Below are positions 1 through 9,576 of a stretch of 30,166 bases of DNA, in pieces. Each line of letters opens with the position of its first letter. The stretch's first letter is position 1. Source of the DNA: a virus (Duplodnaviria > Caudoviricetes). A program made the translations under genes and the position numbers. The notes beneath the pieces are model-generated. The model was not told where the DNA came from. It saw nothing but the letters and a program-made list of their open reading frames with translations, and ran no database searches. The stretch is from IMG/VR virus record IMGVR_UViG_3300047669_001117, positions 1 to 30,166 of that record; one strand, written 5' to 3'.

Positions 1-422
1 TCCAATAAAAGACTTATATCGCTGTCATGTTTTCCATCTTTTGTTGTTTGTTCAAAATACGAGTGAAGTGCATTTAATTTTGAATCTTGTGACAGAGTGG
101 TTGTAACATCTAAAATTAATGATACATCAATGTCTGGTACTTCATCCGATGTATTGATTGTCTCAATTATTGAATTCATCTTATTTAGAAGAGTGACATA
201 AGTACTGTGATTTATATCTTTATAAATATTATAACTACACCAATACACAGATGTATGTAATGCATGTGAACACAAATCAATAAACTTATTAGTAGTACTA
301 CAGTTTTTTGTTAAATTGTAGGTCACACTATAAACTGGATTTACGTCTGTTATCGGCAAATATACCTCTTCTCTTATAGGCGGGATTACGGGTAGTTGAG
401 AAAGTGTTATTTTAAGTTTCAT
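1..422 (-). CDS. Hypothetical protein, 3'-truncated by window edge (not in ORF track)
   Basis: Manual translation: ATG at 422-420 overlaps the upstream TGA (ATGA). The frame is open for 140 codons to the edge: MKLKITLSQLPVIPPIREEVYLP...QDSKLNALHSYFEQTTKDGKHDSDISLLL. Confidence 0.85.
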   Translation of the reverse strand, partial: MKLKITLSQLPVIPPIREEVYLPITDVNPVYSVTYNLTKNCSTTNKFIDLCSHALHTSVYWCSYNIYKDINHSTYVTLLNKMNSIIETINTSDEVPDIDVSLILDVTTTLSQDSKLNALHSYFEQTTKDGKHDSDISLLL

Positions 423-1807
423 TGTGTTGTCCACCATTCATATAGTTCATTGTCTGCTTTATATATATCAGCGATTGTAATCTTTTCATCTCGGATTTCA
501 TCTAGTCTATCTTGGAATCCTTTGCCACTCTTTTTACCTTGAACAAATTCGTCTGGATATTGTTCTTCAAATGAAGGTCTATTTCTCATCTCACGTAATG
601 TATTTACTAGTGTTGCTTGTTTGCCAGTCGCACGAGGTTCAATGTACTCAAGTAGTTCGTCAATCTTTCTAGCAAGAATATGTTTCGGCCAAGCAAAGGG
701 CGAGAATATAATATCTGGATGAAACGCAAACATAATCTTTGTTTCTATTCTCACATCAAGTTCTAAACTCAAATCAAATAAGTCTTTGATACTAAACATA
801 CCTGGACCAGTAATTGTCAAATCAAATCTCATTCTATCTTTGCCACCTGGTGCGGCTAAACCTTCTTTGAAGTTTTCTAACCATTCTTCCCAAACAATTC
901 CTTTACGAATGAACTCAACGATATCACCTGTTCCATCTATACTCGCACACATCAACCAATCTTTAAACTGTGGTAGATAGTCAAATAGTTTTTGACCTTT
1001 GAATTCTGTACGGGATAGATTAGAATTATATCTTAGATGGCAGTTCTTTGCTGACCCATTCTTGACCATTTCTTCTAATGCCCACCAATGTATATCATAC
1101 ATCAACGGTTCACCACCAACCCAATATATTTCTTCAACGATACCTTTTGAAATTGCATCTCTAAATTCTGGTTCAACAACTTCAGTCTGAAACGCAGTCA
1201 TCTTCTTCTTAACATCTTTCTGCATAAACGGTTGTTGTTCTATGCTCCACATATTATTCTTTTTCTTCTCTGCTTCCCACGATGACGATAACTGTTCGCC
1301 ACACATACGACACTTGAAGTTACATAAGTTTGAGTATCTGTAATCAAATGAGATAACAGGCATTGTTGTGTGTCCGTCATCGTCTGTATTGTCAAATGCT
1401 TCTTGTATCTTATCTCTGAATAGAAAACCCGTAAACCATTTACGATACGAAGAGATACTTAGAATGTCATCGTTGCATACGTCACATTGTGATATAGTTT
1501 CGCCTGCCATAAGTTTCTTGCGAATATCTTTCATGTATGGTGAGTTCCAATGTTCTTCTAAACTGACAGGATTGAAATCGTCTGCTAGTGTTTTAGATTC
1601 TTTTATCTCACCATACTTTGTATCGTTAGTCGCATCAATGTATTGCTTTTGAAATGAATGTTCTTCTCTACTCGCACAACACATTCTTCTCTCTGCTTGA
1701 GGAGAAATATAAGTGTGTGACCACGGAGCCATGCAGAAAGTTTTGTTCTCACTTTCTTCTGCACAACTTCCGTCGCTATTCCAAATTGGTACTATCTTAT
1801 TACTCAT
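419..1807 (-). CDS. Radical SAM protein with N-terminal Twitch-like Fe-S domain (rSAM-1)
   Basis: CxxxCxxC (NLCNFKCRMC), GGEP motif (VGGEPLM), N-terminal CMAPW...MCC...CDVC, ASIDG strand and FIRKG motif. Confidence 0.93.
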   Translation of the reverse strand: MSNKIVPIWNSDGSCAEESENKTFCMAPWSHTYISPQAERRMCCASREEHSFQKQYIDATNDTKYGEIKESKTLADDFNPVSLEEHWNSPYMKDIRKKLMAGETISQCDVCNDDILSISSYRKWFTGFLFRDKIQEAFDNTDDDGHTTMPVISFDYRYSNLCNFKCRMCGEQLSSSWEAEKKKNNMWSIEQQPFMQKDVKKKMTAFQTEVVEPEFRDAISKGIVEEIYWVGGEPLMYDIHWWALEEMVKNGSAKNCHLRYNSNLSRTEFKGQKLFDYLPQFKDWLMCASIDGTGDIVEFIRKGIVWEEWLENFKEGLAAPGGKDRMRFDLTITGPGMFSIKDLFDLSLELDVRIETKIMFAFHPDIIFSPFAWPKHILARKIDELLEYIEPRATGKQATLVNTLREMRNRPSFEEQYPDEFVQGKKSGKGFQDRLDEIRDEKITIADIYKADNELYEWWTTQ

Positions 1808-3297
1808 TATTTCAATGTATCATCAGTCTGGTCAATATAAGTTTCGGTTGTCTTCGGGTCTACCGCAGTATCAGATACAGTCAACACTAATTCTTTACTT
1901 AATATTTTCTCTGCTGTAGGAATTTCACTAGTCAATGACTCGAACCATTCTGCTAACGGTCCAGGGAATGTCTCTACGAAATTCTTACCTCTGCGGATAT
2001 CGTATTGTGCAAAGAATGCCCTAAAATCATTGTGTAGTTTTTCTTTATCTGCCGTGTTTTTATGAGGAGTCTTGATAATATCAAGGTAGTCAATTAATCG
2101 TGCTACACTAGCCTTCTCACCATCGTGTAACATTTTTTGCGGGCGTGCAGACTTGTACCATATATCTAACTTATCTTTGTAAATACTTTTAATATCATCT
2201 GGTAATATTGCATTACTCTGAAATGATGGGAATCGTAGAATATTTAGAGATAGCGTTGGGGCACGGGTTCCATATTGCTCACGTAGGTCTAGCATTTCGT
2301 CCAAAAATTCAGTAATGGAATCTAGACACAAGGAGTTTATAGTCATCATCATATGCAACTTAGTTAAGTTCGCTTCCTTTAACACCCGATGAATATTCGA
2401 CATCCATTCATCGTAATCAAGTCCATCTCGAATATATTCTGCTTGTTTGCCTGTTGCTTCCATACTCGTATAGATTTCAAGATTAGGCACATGCCATGAT
2501 TGTTCAATCAATTTATTCAACACCTTTGGAGTTTCAGGACACATATTTGAATTGATGGCAAATCTCATATCTTTACCGCGACCTGGATTATTTTTAAACC
2601 AATCAAATAATTTCCAAGTACCGGGATGCATAATAGGTTCGCCACCAGTTATGCGTATCTCTTCTAAACTATCTGCAAGGTCACTTTCCCACCATTTCCA
2701 AAATGCTTTAATGTATGGATTATCTTCTGGAGCAATAGCGCCGACCCAAGGGGCTGAATTAATAAAATGTCCTACTGCGTCAGATTGAATGTTCTGATAT
2801 GGACCATACGTATTGATATCTTTTGCCCAGGCAGTACTGAATGCAGGATTACAATATGAACATTTAAAATTACACGCTCTATCAAATGATATCTCAAGGG
2901 TCTTTAGATTTACATCTTCTTCCCATGGCAAATCAACCGACTTCTGGACATCTTCATCTTTATAGATTTCAGTCTTGAACACTCGGTCAGAGATATGGTC
3001 TTTGCCCATATCTTCTACCTTCCAACAGTACTCACACTCTGCTGGACGTTCGCCCTCTTGCATCATCTTACGCATCTTCTTCTTGTGTGGCGTATTATGA
3101 ATTGCTGATGGATTGTCGTCTAACAATTCTAGTGGAATAGGATGTCCCGGCGGATGATGACAACTTGTAGTTTGTCCATGACCCAACCATATAGTAGCAT
3201 TATACCATTTAGCGGCACAATAAGATTTACTAACAGGATCAATTATTCGTTCTTTGTATTCGTTTAGTGTTTCGAACTCCCAGTATTTTCTACCCAT
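1807..3297 (-). CDS. Radical SAM protein with N-terminal Twitch-like domain (rSAM-2)
   Basis: RACNFKCSYC, TGGEP, N-terminal CAAKW...SCHH...CEYC. Start moved from 3312 to ATG 3297 (GGAG RBS upstream; 8-nt overlap ATGGGTAG with the upstream stop). Confidence 0.93.
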   Translation of the reverse strand: MGRKYWEFETLNEYKERIIDPVSKSYCAAKWYNATIWLGHGQTTSCHHPPGHPIPLELLDDNPSAIHNTPHKKKMRKMMQEGERPAECEYCWKVEDMGKDHISDRVFKTEIYKDEDVQKSVDLPWEEDVNLKTLEISFDRACNFKCSYCNPAFSTAWAKDINTYGPYQNIQSDAVGHFINSAPWVGAIAPEDNPYIKAFWKWWESDLADSLEEIRITGGEPIMHPGTWKLFDWFKNNPGRGKDMRFAINSNMCPETPKVLNKLIEQSWHVPNLEIYTSMEATGKQAEYIRDGLDYDEWMSNIHRVLKEANLTKLHMMMTINSLCLDSITEFLDEMLDLREQYGTRAPTLSLNILRFPSFQSNAILPDDIKSIYKDKLDIWYKSARPQKMLHDGEKASVARLIDYLDIIKTPHKNTADKEKLHNDFRAFFAQYDIRRGKNFVETFPGPLAEWFESLTSEIPTAEKILSKELVLTVSDTAVDPKTTETYIDQTDDTLK

Positions 3298-4738
3298 ATT
3301 TCTTCTCCGCATTGTATCTTTCTAAAGTAGCAGGATCTGTTCCTAATTCTGCTGTTATTGGTTGTTGTGTTTCAAGTGAATCAAACCACTCTACCATCAT
3401 AGGGTCAAATGTTGACCTAAAATCGAATCCACGGCGTTCATCATATTGTGTATAGAATGTTTTAAAATCGTTATATTGTTTTTTTAGTTCATCGGGATTG
3501 TGGTATCGTGATTTACATTGTGTTAGATGGTGCAATAAGTTCTCAACATGAAGATGTTCTACATCTATTAGTAAATCTTTTTTCTTTTCATACCATGTTT
3601 CTAATTTGTCATGATAATGAGTTAACATATACTCGGGTAGAATATCTGGACTTTGAAATGTTGGGAAGTCCAACCTATTCAATGACATCACCGGCGCACG
3701 TTCTCCGTATATCTCACGTAGTGCTAACATATCATCCATAAAGTCTGTTATTCCATCTAAACATAAAGAATTTATAGTCATCATAACATGAAATTCACAA
3801 ACTTTAGGATTATCTAATAATCGAGAGATATTGCTCAACCACGTATCGTACTTCATTCCATCACGAATATAATCTGCCTGCTTCCCGACTGCTTCACAAC
3901 TAGTATATATTTTAAAATTAGGAACATATTGGGTAATTTCTAATAATTTATCAAATGTTTTTTCTTTCTCTGGCACTAAGTTACTATTGATTGAAAATAT
4001 CATATCACGGCCTTTAGTGGGATTATTTTTAAACCAATCAAATAATTTCCACACTCCGGGATGCATAATTGGCTCTCCGCCCGTAACTCGTATTTCATAT
4101 AAAGTGTCTACTAGACCGCCTGGTTCTTCCCACCATTCCCAAAATGCTTGGATATATGGGTTGTCTTTGTCATCTTTCGCTACTTTTTCTGCCCATGGTG
4201 CGGTGCCAATAAAGTGCCCTCTAGTATCTGACTGAATATTCTGATACGGTCCATTATCGTTAATATCTTTTACCCACGCGGTTGAGAAAGCAGGATTACA
4301 ATATGAACATTTGAAATTACAAGCACGGTCAAATGATATTTCTAATGTATGTAACGCTGAGTTGTTATCCCAAGCCTGAGTTGGTATTTTTAATATGTCT
4401 TCCTCTTCTGACATTTGCGTTTTTTGTACTCGTACTGATATTATATCCTTGCCAGAATCTTCCATTTTCCAACAAACACCACACTCAGCAGGGCGTTCGC
4501 CTTTAAGCATTAACTTTCGCATTTGTTTTTTGTGTTTAGTATTGTGAATTGCTGTATGATTGAGTTTTACTTCTTCCAACGGAATATCATGCATTGGTGG
4601 CTGATGACAACTTGTAGTTTGTCCGTGTCCTAACCAGATAGTTGCATTATGCCATTTAGCGGCACAGAACGAATCACTAATCGGATCGATAATTCTTTCT
4701 TTATATTCTTGGAATGATTCGTTTTCTAAATTATCCAT
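3290..4738 (-). CDS. Radical SAM protein with N-terminal Twitch-like domain (rSAM-3), close paralogue of rSAM-2
   Basis: RACNFKCSYC, TGGEP, CAAKW...SCHQ...CGVC. Start moved from 4750 to ATG 4738 (GAGGAG at 4748-4743; ATGGATAA overlap). Confidence 0.93.
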   Translation of the reverse strand: MDNLENESFQEYKERIIDPISDSFCAAKWHNATIWLGHGQTTSCHQPPMHDIPLEEVKLNHTAIHNTKHKKQMRKLMLKGERPAECGVCWKMEDSGKDIISVRVQKTQMSEEEDILKIPTQAWDNNSALHTLEISFDRACNFKCSYCNPAFSTAWVKDINDNGPYQNIQSDTRGHFIGTAPWAEKVAKDDKDNPYIQAFWEWWEEPGGLVDTLYEIRVTGGEPIMHPGVWKLFDWFKNNPTKGRDMIFSINSNLVPEKEKTFDKLLEITQYVPNFKIYTSCEAVGKQADYIRDGMKYDTWLSNISRLLDNPKVCEFHVMMTINSLCLDGITDFMDDMLALREIYGERAPVMSLNRLDFPTFQSPDILPEYMLTHYHDKLETWYEKKKDLLIDVEHLHVENLLHHLTQCKSRYHNPDELKKQYNDFKTFYTQYDERRGFDFRSTFDPMMVEWFDSLETQQPITAELGTDPATLERYNAEKKYG

Positions 4739-6296
4739 ATTGCTCCTCATATTCTTCTTTTGCTTCGTTCCAGAATTCTGTCATCCCTGGAAACGTTTCT
4801 AAGAAGTTTAAATTCCTGCGTTCATCATACTGGGTGAAGTATTCATAGAAGCGAATTAAGTTACTGCTTAACTCTTCTTCACTCATGTTTATTCCTTCTT
4901 TAGCCCATGCTAAATCTCTTTCTAATTTTAGTACTTCGTAATTTTTAAAGCCAGTGTATTTTAGGCCATATACATCATTCTCTAGTACATGATCTTTCAT
5001 GAAGTCAATGTTTTCTTGTATGATATTTAGCATATCGTCATCTGCTAATTGAATAGTCATCCAATCTGGGTATCTAAGATATGGCAAATCAAACCAAATT
5101 CTTTGTCTTTTCTTTCGAACAAAAGGAGTATGGACGACACCATCTCTGTCTGGTGGTTGAATACTTACATCTTCTTGGTTCTCGTAACCAAATTCTTCAC
5201 GCAAGTCTAATATCATTTGTAAGAAGCCACGTAGATTGGGAATACTCAATAAGTTAAATGTGTTGATGAATGAAATCTCAGTGCCAGATGTTTCACTCAA
5301 TACACGTCTACAGTTTTGATACATCTTGTCAAAGTCAAGACCATCACGCATGTATTCTGCTTGTTCGCCCACACCATCTACACTTACATACAAACTAAAA
5401 TGTTTACACGCTGGTGCGACATACCAGTAGTTACCACTGTCTGGATTAAACTTAGTAGTATCTTCCCACACACGAACCTCTTCTATTGCTTTTAACTTAT
5501 CCATGAACTTGTCAAATAAAGCATCTTGAGGTGGACACATATTTGATGTTATACTTAAATCTAGTGTTGCGTTTGGATTCTCGTTTACATAATCTAATAC
5601 TTTGAATGTGTTATTGTCCATAAGTGGTTCACCACCTGTCATACGAAACACTTTCAAATCTTGGTACACATTAGGAAACCATTCCCAGAATGCAGTAATA
5701 TATGGATTATCTTTACGTGCAACTTCTAGTGGCATCATGCCAGTCTTACGCAAGTACTCTATATCATTGTGACCTGTTTTGTTTGAGAATTTAAATGCTC
5801 CATGTTCTTTAATATCATCTTCCCACGCAGTAGATAAATGAGGAGAACAATAAGAACACTTGAAATTACATGCTTGATTGAAATTCACTTCTACGTATCG
5901 TGGAGTAATATCATGGTCCCACGGTTGTGTTACAACTTCATCCCATGCATCTTTAACCCACCACTCACTACTACGATAGTGTCTATCACTTAGTCTACCA
6001 CCTTCTGGTGGACTGGGAGCGTCTTCTACATTCCAACAGTACTGACATCCTTCTGGACGAGTACCTTCTTTCATCTGCTTTCGTTCTTCTAACTTGAATT
6101 TTGTATTATGCAAAGCATTTACATTTGCTTTAAGTTCGTCTAACGGAATAGGATGAGTTGGCGGATGATAACAACTATGAGTTCGCCCTTGTGGCAAGTG
6201 TAGACTTACTTGAAGCCATTTTGCCATACACATAGACGGAGACAATGCATTTAAATTGTCTCTAGTGACAACTGCATCATCGTCATAATTTGACAT
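4731..6296 (-). CDS. Radical SAM protein with N-terminal Twitch-like domain (rSAM-4)
   Basis: QACNFKCSYC, TGGEP, CMAKW...SCYH...CQYC, VSVDG, YMRDG. C-terminal YDERR motif is shared with rSAM-3 (YDIRR in rSAM-2). Confidence 0.93.
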   Translation of the reverse strand: MSNYDDDAVVTRDNLNALSPSMCMAKWLQVSLHLPQGRTHSCYHPPTHPIPLDELKANVNALHNTKFKLEERKQMKEGTRPEGCQYCWNVEDAPSPPEGGRLSDRHYRSSEWWVKDAWDEVVTQPWDHDITPRYVEVNFNQACNFKCSYCSPHLSTAWEDDIKEHGAFKFSNKTGHNDIEYLRKTGMMPLEVARKDNPYITAFWEWFPNVYQDLKVFRMTGGEPLMDNNTFKVLDYVNENPNATLDLSITSNMCPPQDALFDKFMDKLKAIEEVRVWEDTTKFNPDSGNYWYVAPACKHFSLYVSVDGVGEQAEYMRDGLDFDKMYQNCRRVLSETSGTEISFINTFNLLSIPNLRGFLQMILDLREEFGYENQEDVSIQPPDRDGVVHTPFVRKKRQRIWFDLPYLRYPDWMTIQLADDDMLNIIQENIDFMKDHVLENDVYGLKYTGFKNYEVLKLERDLAWAKEGINMSEEELSSNLIRFYEYFTQYDERRNLNFLETFPGMTEFWNEAKEEYEEQYG

Positions 6297-7282
6297 TATC
6301 TATCCCAGCCAGTTTGCTTTTCTGTTGCTACTGGATTTTTAGTTCTCGATGGATTATTATAAGTTCTTTTAAAGAATGCACTCATCTCTGGTGTTGGATC
6401 TGCTATTTCCATTCCAATCTTATCCTTTAGATAATCACCGATACGTAAGCACTCATCGTATAATTTATCGTAATTCCATTCTACTCCAGTCTTAGTACAC
6501 TTTTCTTTGCCACCTTTAACTAAGGGACAAATCTCTTCATCGAAGTAAGTCTTGAACCAATCGAATGATGAAATATTTTCTAACTTATAATCTTTAACAA
6601 AATTTACATCGTAACATCCAAGACGTGCGCCATAACAAGCCCATATACCATTCTCTACATCAGCACCAACGTTGCACCATGTTAATAGTCTTTCATAGTT
6701 CTTTGACCAGATTCGTTTCTGAAAGTCTTCGACTGGGACTGTTTTGCCTTCATCAAGTGACATCTTGACACCTTCACGATATCCTGCACGAAAGGCTTGA
6801 AATGGTGAGCCTGCGTTGAGTACTTCTGAGTATGTGTTGTTCATTTGAATATAGTTTAGGTCCCAACAGAAATCAACTTTCTTTGTATCATCGACTGCGT
6901 TCTCGTGTGTTTTCATTTCTAGGACCAACTGAACTGGCCAACACTTAATACCACCGTTTCCGTATACTAACCCATTTATCATGTTCTTAGCACTCCAACT
7001 AATGACTGATTGTTCTAAGTCTGGTGTATCTGGTGGGAATGAAATTGCTAAATCAAAGAACTTTTCATCAACAATGTTGTCTCCATCAATAGTAATAAAT
7101 CTATCAGTTTCACTTTGTTTTGCACATTCTTTGTGTGCGTTATCAAATCCTTTTACTCCATCTACTCGCTTTGCGAATGGAAACTTCATCATTAGATTAG
7201 CCCAATGTTTTTCTTTGTCTGGTTCATCGTAACTTATATAAAATACATCTAAGTCGCCAAGAACTAGTTCAGTTTTTTTCAT
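6296..7282 (-). CDS. Putative GT-A fold glycosyltransferase
   Basis: N-terminal Rossmann-like strand DVFYISYDEP, helix GFDNAHKECA, DxD after a hydrophobic strand (RFITIDGDNIV). Start moved from TTG 7294 to ATG 7282 (GGAGG at 7292-7288, ATGA overlap). Confidence 0.72.
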   Translation of the reverse strand: MKKTELVLGDLDVFYISYDEPDKEKHWANLMMKFPFAKRVDGVKGFDNAHKECAKQSETDRFITIDGDNIVDEKFFDLAISFPPDTPDLEQSVISWSAKNMINGLVYGNGGIKCWPVQLVLEMKTHENAVDDTKKVDFCWDLNYIQMNNTYSEVLNAGSPFQAFRAGYREGVKMSLDEGKTVPVEDFQKRIWSKNYERLLTWCNVGADVENGIWACYGARLGCYDVNFVKDYKLENISSFDWFKTYFDEEICPLVKGGKEKCTKTGVEWNYDKLYDECLRIGDYLKDKIGMEIADPTPEMSAFFKRTYNNPSRTKNPVATEKQTGWDR

Positions 7283-7851
7283 ACTTTCCTCCAAGAATAT
7301 TTGTCAAAATACTTCTGCGTATAAACGCTTATACTGTATTTATTCTCTTCGAACTTAACTCGTTTCCCAGTAGACAATAATTCAGAAAATGGGATTAATA
7401 TAGTTTTGATTAAGAATTCTGGTTTATCTTTATATGTAACAAAAAATACATGTTCAGTTCTGCCCGCTACAGTCACTACTTGTTGTGCATCAATTCCTAT
7501 ACTTTTCTTCAAACTTTCACTTGCTTCGAATACTAAGTCGCCATCTTCAATATAGAGTAGAATATCAGAATCTGGTATTGTTGTTATCTTATGTAACTGA
7601 TTGTCTTTATTTCTTCGATTAAGATCAACTTTTGTTTTTATAATTTCATATATTAGTGGATTACCTGTTCGAGTAATTATATGGTCTGAGAATTTCAGAG
7701 TACCCTCAAGAAATGGTTTAATTGTTTCAAAATCAAACCATGCAAATAAATCTTTTGTATCCTGAATTTGATTTGTTATCTGAGTAATCTTACTTAGACT
7801 ATCAAAGTATACAGCACGAGACGAATCAGTTTTTTCTATAAGACTTAACAT
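7279..7851 (-). CDS. Hypothetical protein (~190 aa)
   Basis: ORF coupled to both neighbours. Start moved to ATG 7851 (TAA-T-ATG junction). No recognisable catalytic motif. Confidence 0.8.
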   Translation of the reverse strand: MLSLIEKTDSSRAVYFDSLSKITQITNQIQDTKDLFAWFDFETIKPFLEGTLKFSDHIITRTGNPLIYEIIKTKVDLNRRNKDNQLHKITTIPDSDILLYIEDGDLVFEASESLKKSIGIDAQQVVTVAGRTEHVFFVTYKDKPEFLIKTILIPFSELLSTGKRVKFEENKYSISVYTQKYFDKYSWRKV

Positions 7852-7852
7852 A

Positions 7853-8707
7853 TTATTGTGCCCTCTCAAGTTGTGCAATCTTACTACTATCCATCCAATC
7901 CTTCTCTACGTAATGTAATGGTAATGTTTGGGTGAAGTTGCCGATCTTAATTTGTAAGTCATCTCCCATTTCGCTAGTGATACTCTTAGTCCAGATGTTC
8001 TCTATTTGGTTTGCAGGAACATTCTGAATCATACTTTTCATATGAACAAAAGTAGGAACATCTTTGATAGCATAGTCACAGGTTTCTTCTTCAATATCTA
8101 ATAGTTGAATTGCTAGTGCATACGCAACATCCGCACTCATCCAATTCTGTCCAACTCCAGAAAGAAACTTATCAAAGTATACATTCCAATGAGTCATAAT
8201 CAACTCAACCATCTTAAAGAATTCGTAAGTTAACTCTGACTTTTTAAAGTAAGTGAAGTTACTATACACGTTCGGTAGATTTAATTGAGTAAACTTCTTT
8301 CTGTAGTAGTCACTTGTTACATCTTCGTTTCTGAAAGTTTTAACATTAGTGCAACACCAGACATCTCTCTTTGCTAGATACTGCCACCAATGATCTACAC
8401 TAGTAGTAAACACCATATCACTGTCGAGTATGATAGTTTCGTCATACGGAGTCATGTGTGGATATTTCCATTTATTATGAATCTTCCACTTGTCTCCTTT
8501 AGCATCATCGTTCCAGGGAATATCAACTATGGCATCAAATGCTTGAATATGTTTGTCCGTGATTAGTTTTCTTGTTTCTTCATCTACACATACACATAGA
8601 TTGCTGTTCTCTTGGGTTGCTTTTAGACTGAGAGCAAGTGCATAAGACATTTCCAAATAATCAATATCACCACTATTTTGTGCGATAGTTATATATCCTT
8701 TACTCAT
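7853..8707 (-). CDS. Putative GT-A glycosyltransferase (GT8-like)
   Basis: KGYITIA...YLEMSYALALSLK...NKW...TPYDETIILDSDMVF (DxD), late His motifs FVHMK and LHYVEK. Confidence 0.8.
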   Translation of the reverse strand: MSKGYITIAQNSGDIDYLEMSYALALSLKATQENSNLCVCVDEETRKLITDKHIQAFDAIVDIPWNDDAKGDKWKIHNKWKYPHMTPYDETIILDSDMVFTTSVDHWWQYLAKRDVWCCTNVKTFRNEDVTSDYYRKKFTQLNLPNVYSNFTYFKKSELTYEFFKMVELIMTHWNVYFDKFLSGVGQNWMSADVAYALAIQLLDIEEETCDYAIKDVPTFVHMKSMIQNVPANQIENIWTKSITSEMGDDLQIKIGNFTQTLPLHYVEKDWMDSSKIAQLERAQ

Positions 8708-9575
8708 TTACTTTTTCTCCGTATAATAAGAAGTCGTCAATGAATCGTGCTATCGCCTTCTTGTTCATAATGTGCAAATCAGTATTCGTAAATCTTGATA
8801 GAATATGTTCTGTAATTCTCTCTGCATCTGCACAATACATAATAATGTCGTTATGTGAATTGACTCTGAAGATATCATCTATATCAAAACTATTGTTAAG
8901 ATATCTAATTGGTAATGATGGCACATCAAACGCAACACTACCATTCAGTATGTGTAGTGCCATTGAAAATGCAAAATCATTTCGATACAATGAACCACTA
9001 CAATTATACAAGTAATAATAATACTTATAATTATATTTTATATGGCTTATTAGTGTGAATAGATTCTCAGCAAAGTCAGATTTTTTAAAATACACAACTG
9101 TTGCCCAGTACATTGGGATGCTAAAGTTATCAATGTATTCTATATGTTCTTTATGTCTACCAGATACATCTCGATAATGACAATTAATCATAAGATCATT
9201 TTCACTATTCCATACCTGGTCTAATACGTCATTCATAATGAAATAGTCACCGTCAATGACCAACGTCTCATCATACGGTGAGAGTTCGTATACTTCGCTC
9301 CTAGACATGTTCTTGAAGGATGCGTATTCTGTCTTATCTGTTGTGTCTTTAAACAGTCGTCTATTATCTGGTTGAAAAGAATTGGTGACTATTATTCTAT
9401 CAAAGTATTCATTGATTAGTGTTTCGTTTTGTTCTAATGTTTCTGTATTAGTGATTAAACAGATTTCATCGAATAATGAAAGATTCTTTCTGGCTAAACC
9501 AGCACACGCACAGGCAGTTTCAGCATAGTTGACGTACTCATTGTTCTGAGCAAATATTATTATACCCTTACTCAT
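8700..9575 (-). CDS. Putative GT-A glycosyltransferase (GT8-like), paralogue of downstream gene
   Basis: KGIIIFA...YAETA...SPYDETLVIDGDYFI (DxD), RNDFAFSMAL, LHIMNK. Confidence 0.78.
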   Translation of the reverse strand: MSKGIIIFAQNNEYVNYAETACACAGLARKNLSLFDEICLITNTETLEQNETLINEYFDRIIVTNSFQPDNRRLFKDTTDKTEYASFKNMSRSEVYELSPYDETLVIDGDYFIMNDVLDQVWNSENDLMINCHYRDVSGRHKEHIEYIDNFSIPMYWATVVYFKKSDFAENLFTLISHIKYNYKYYYYLYNCSGSLYRNDFAFSMALHILNGSVAFDVPSLPIRYLNNSFDIDDIFRVNSHNDIIMYCADAERITEHILSRFTNTDLHIMNKKAIARFIDDFLLYGEKVNE

Positions 9576-9576
9576 A

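Noticed and set aside
786-4235. Short plus-strand ORFs, including the similar-looking pair 2552..2788 and 3987..4235
   Set aside because: Antisense shadows of the rSAM genes. Their mutual similarity simply mirrors the rSAM-2/3 duplication.
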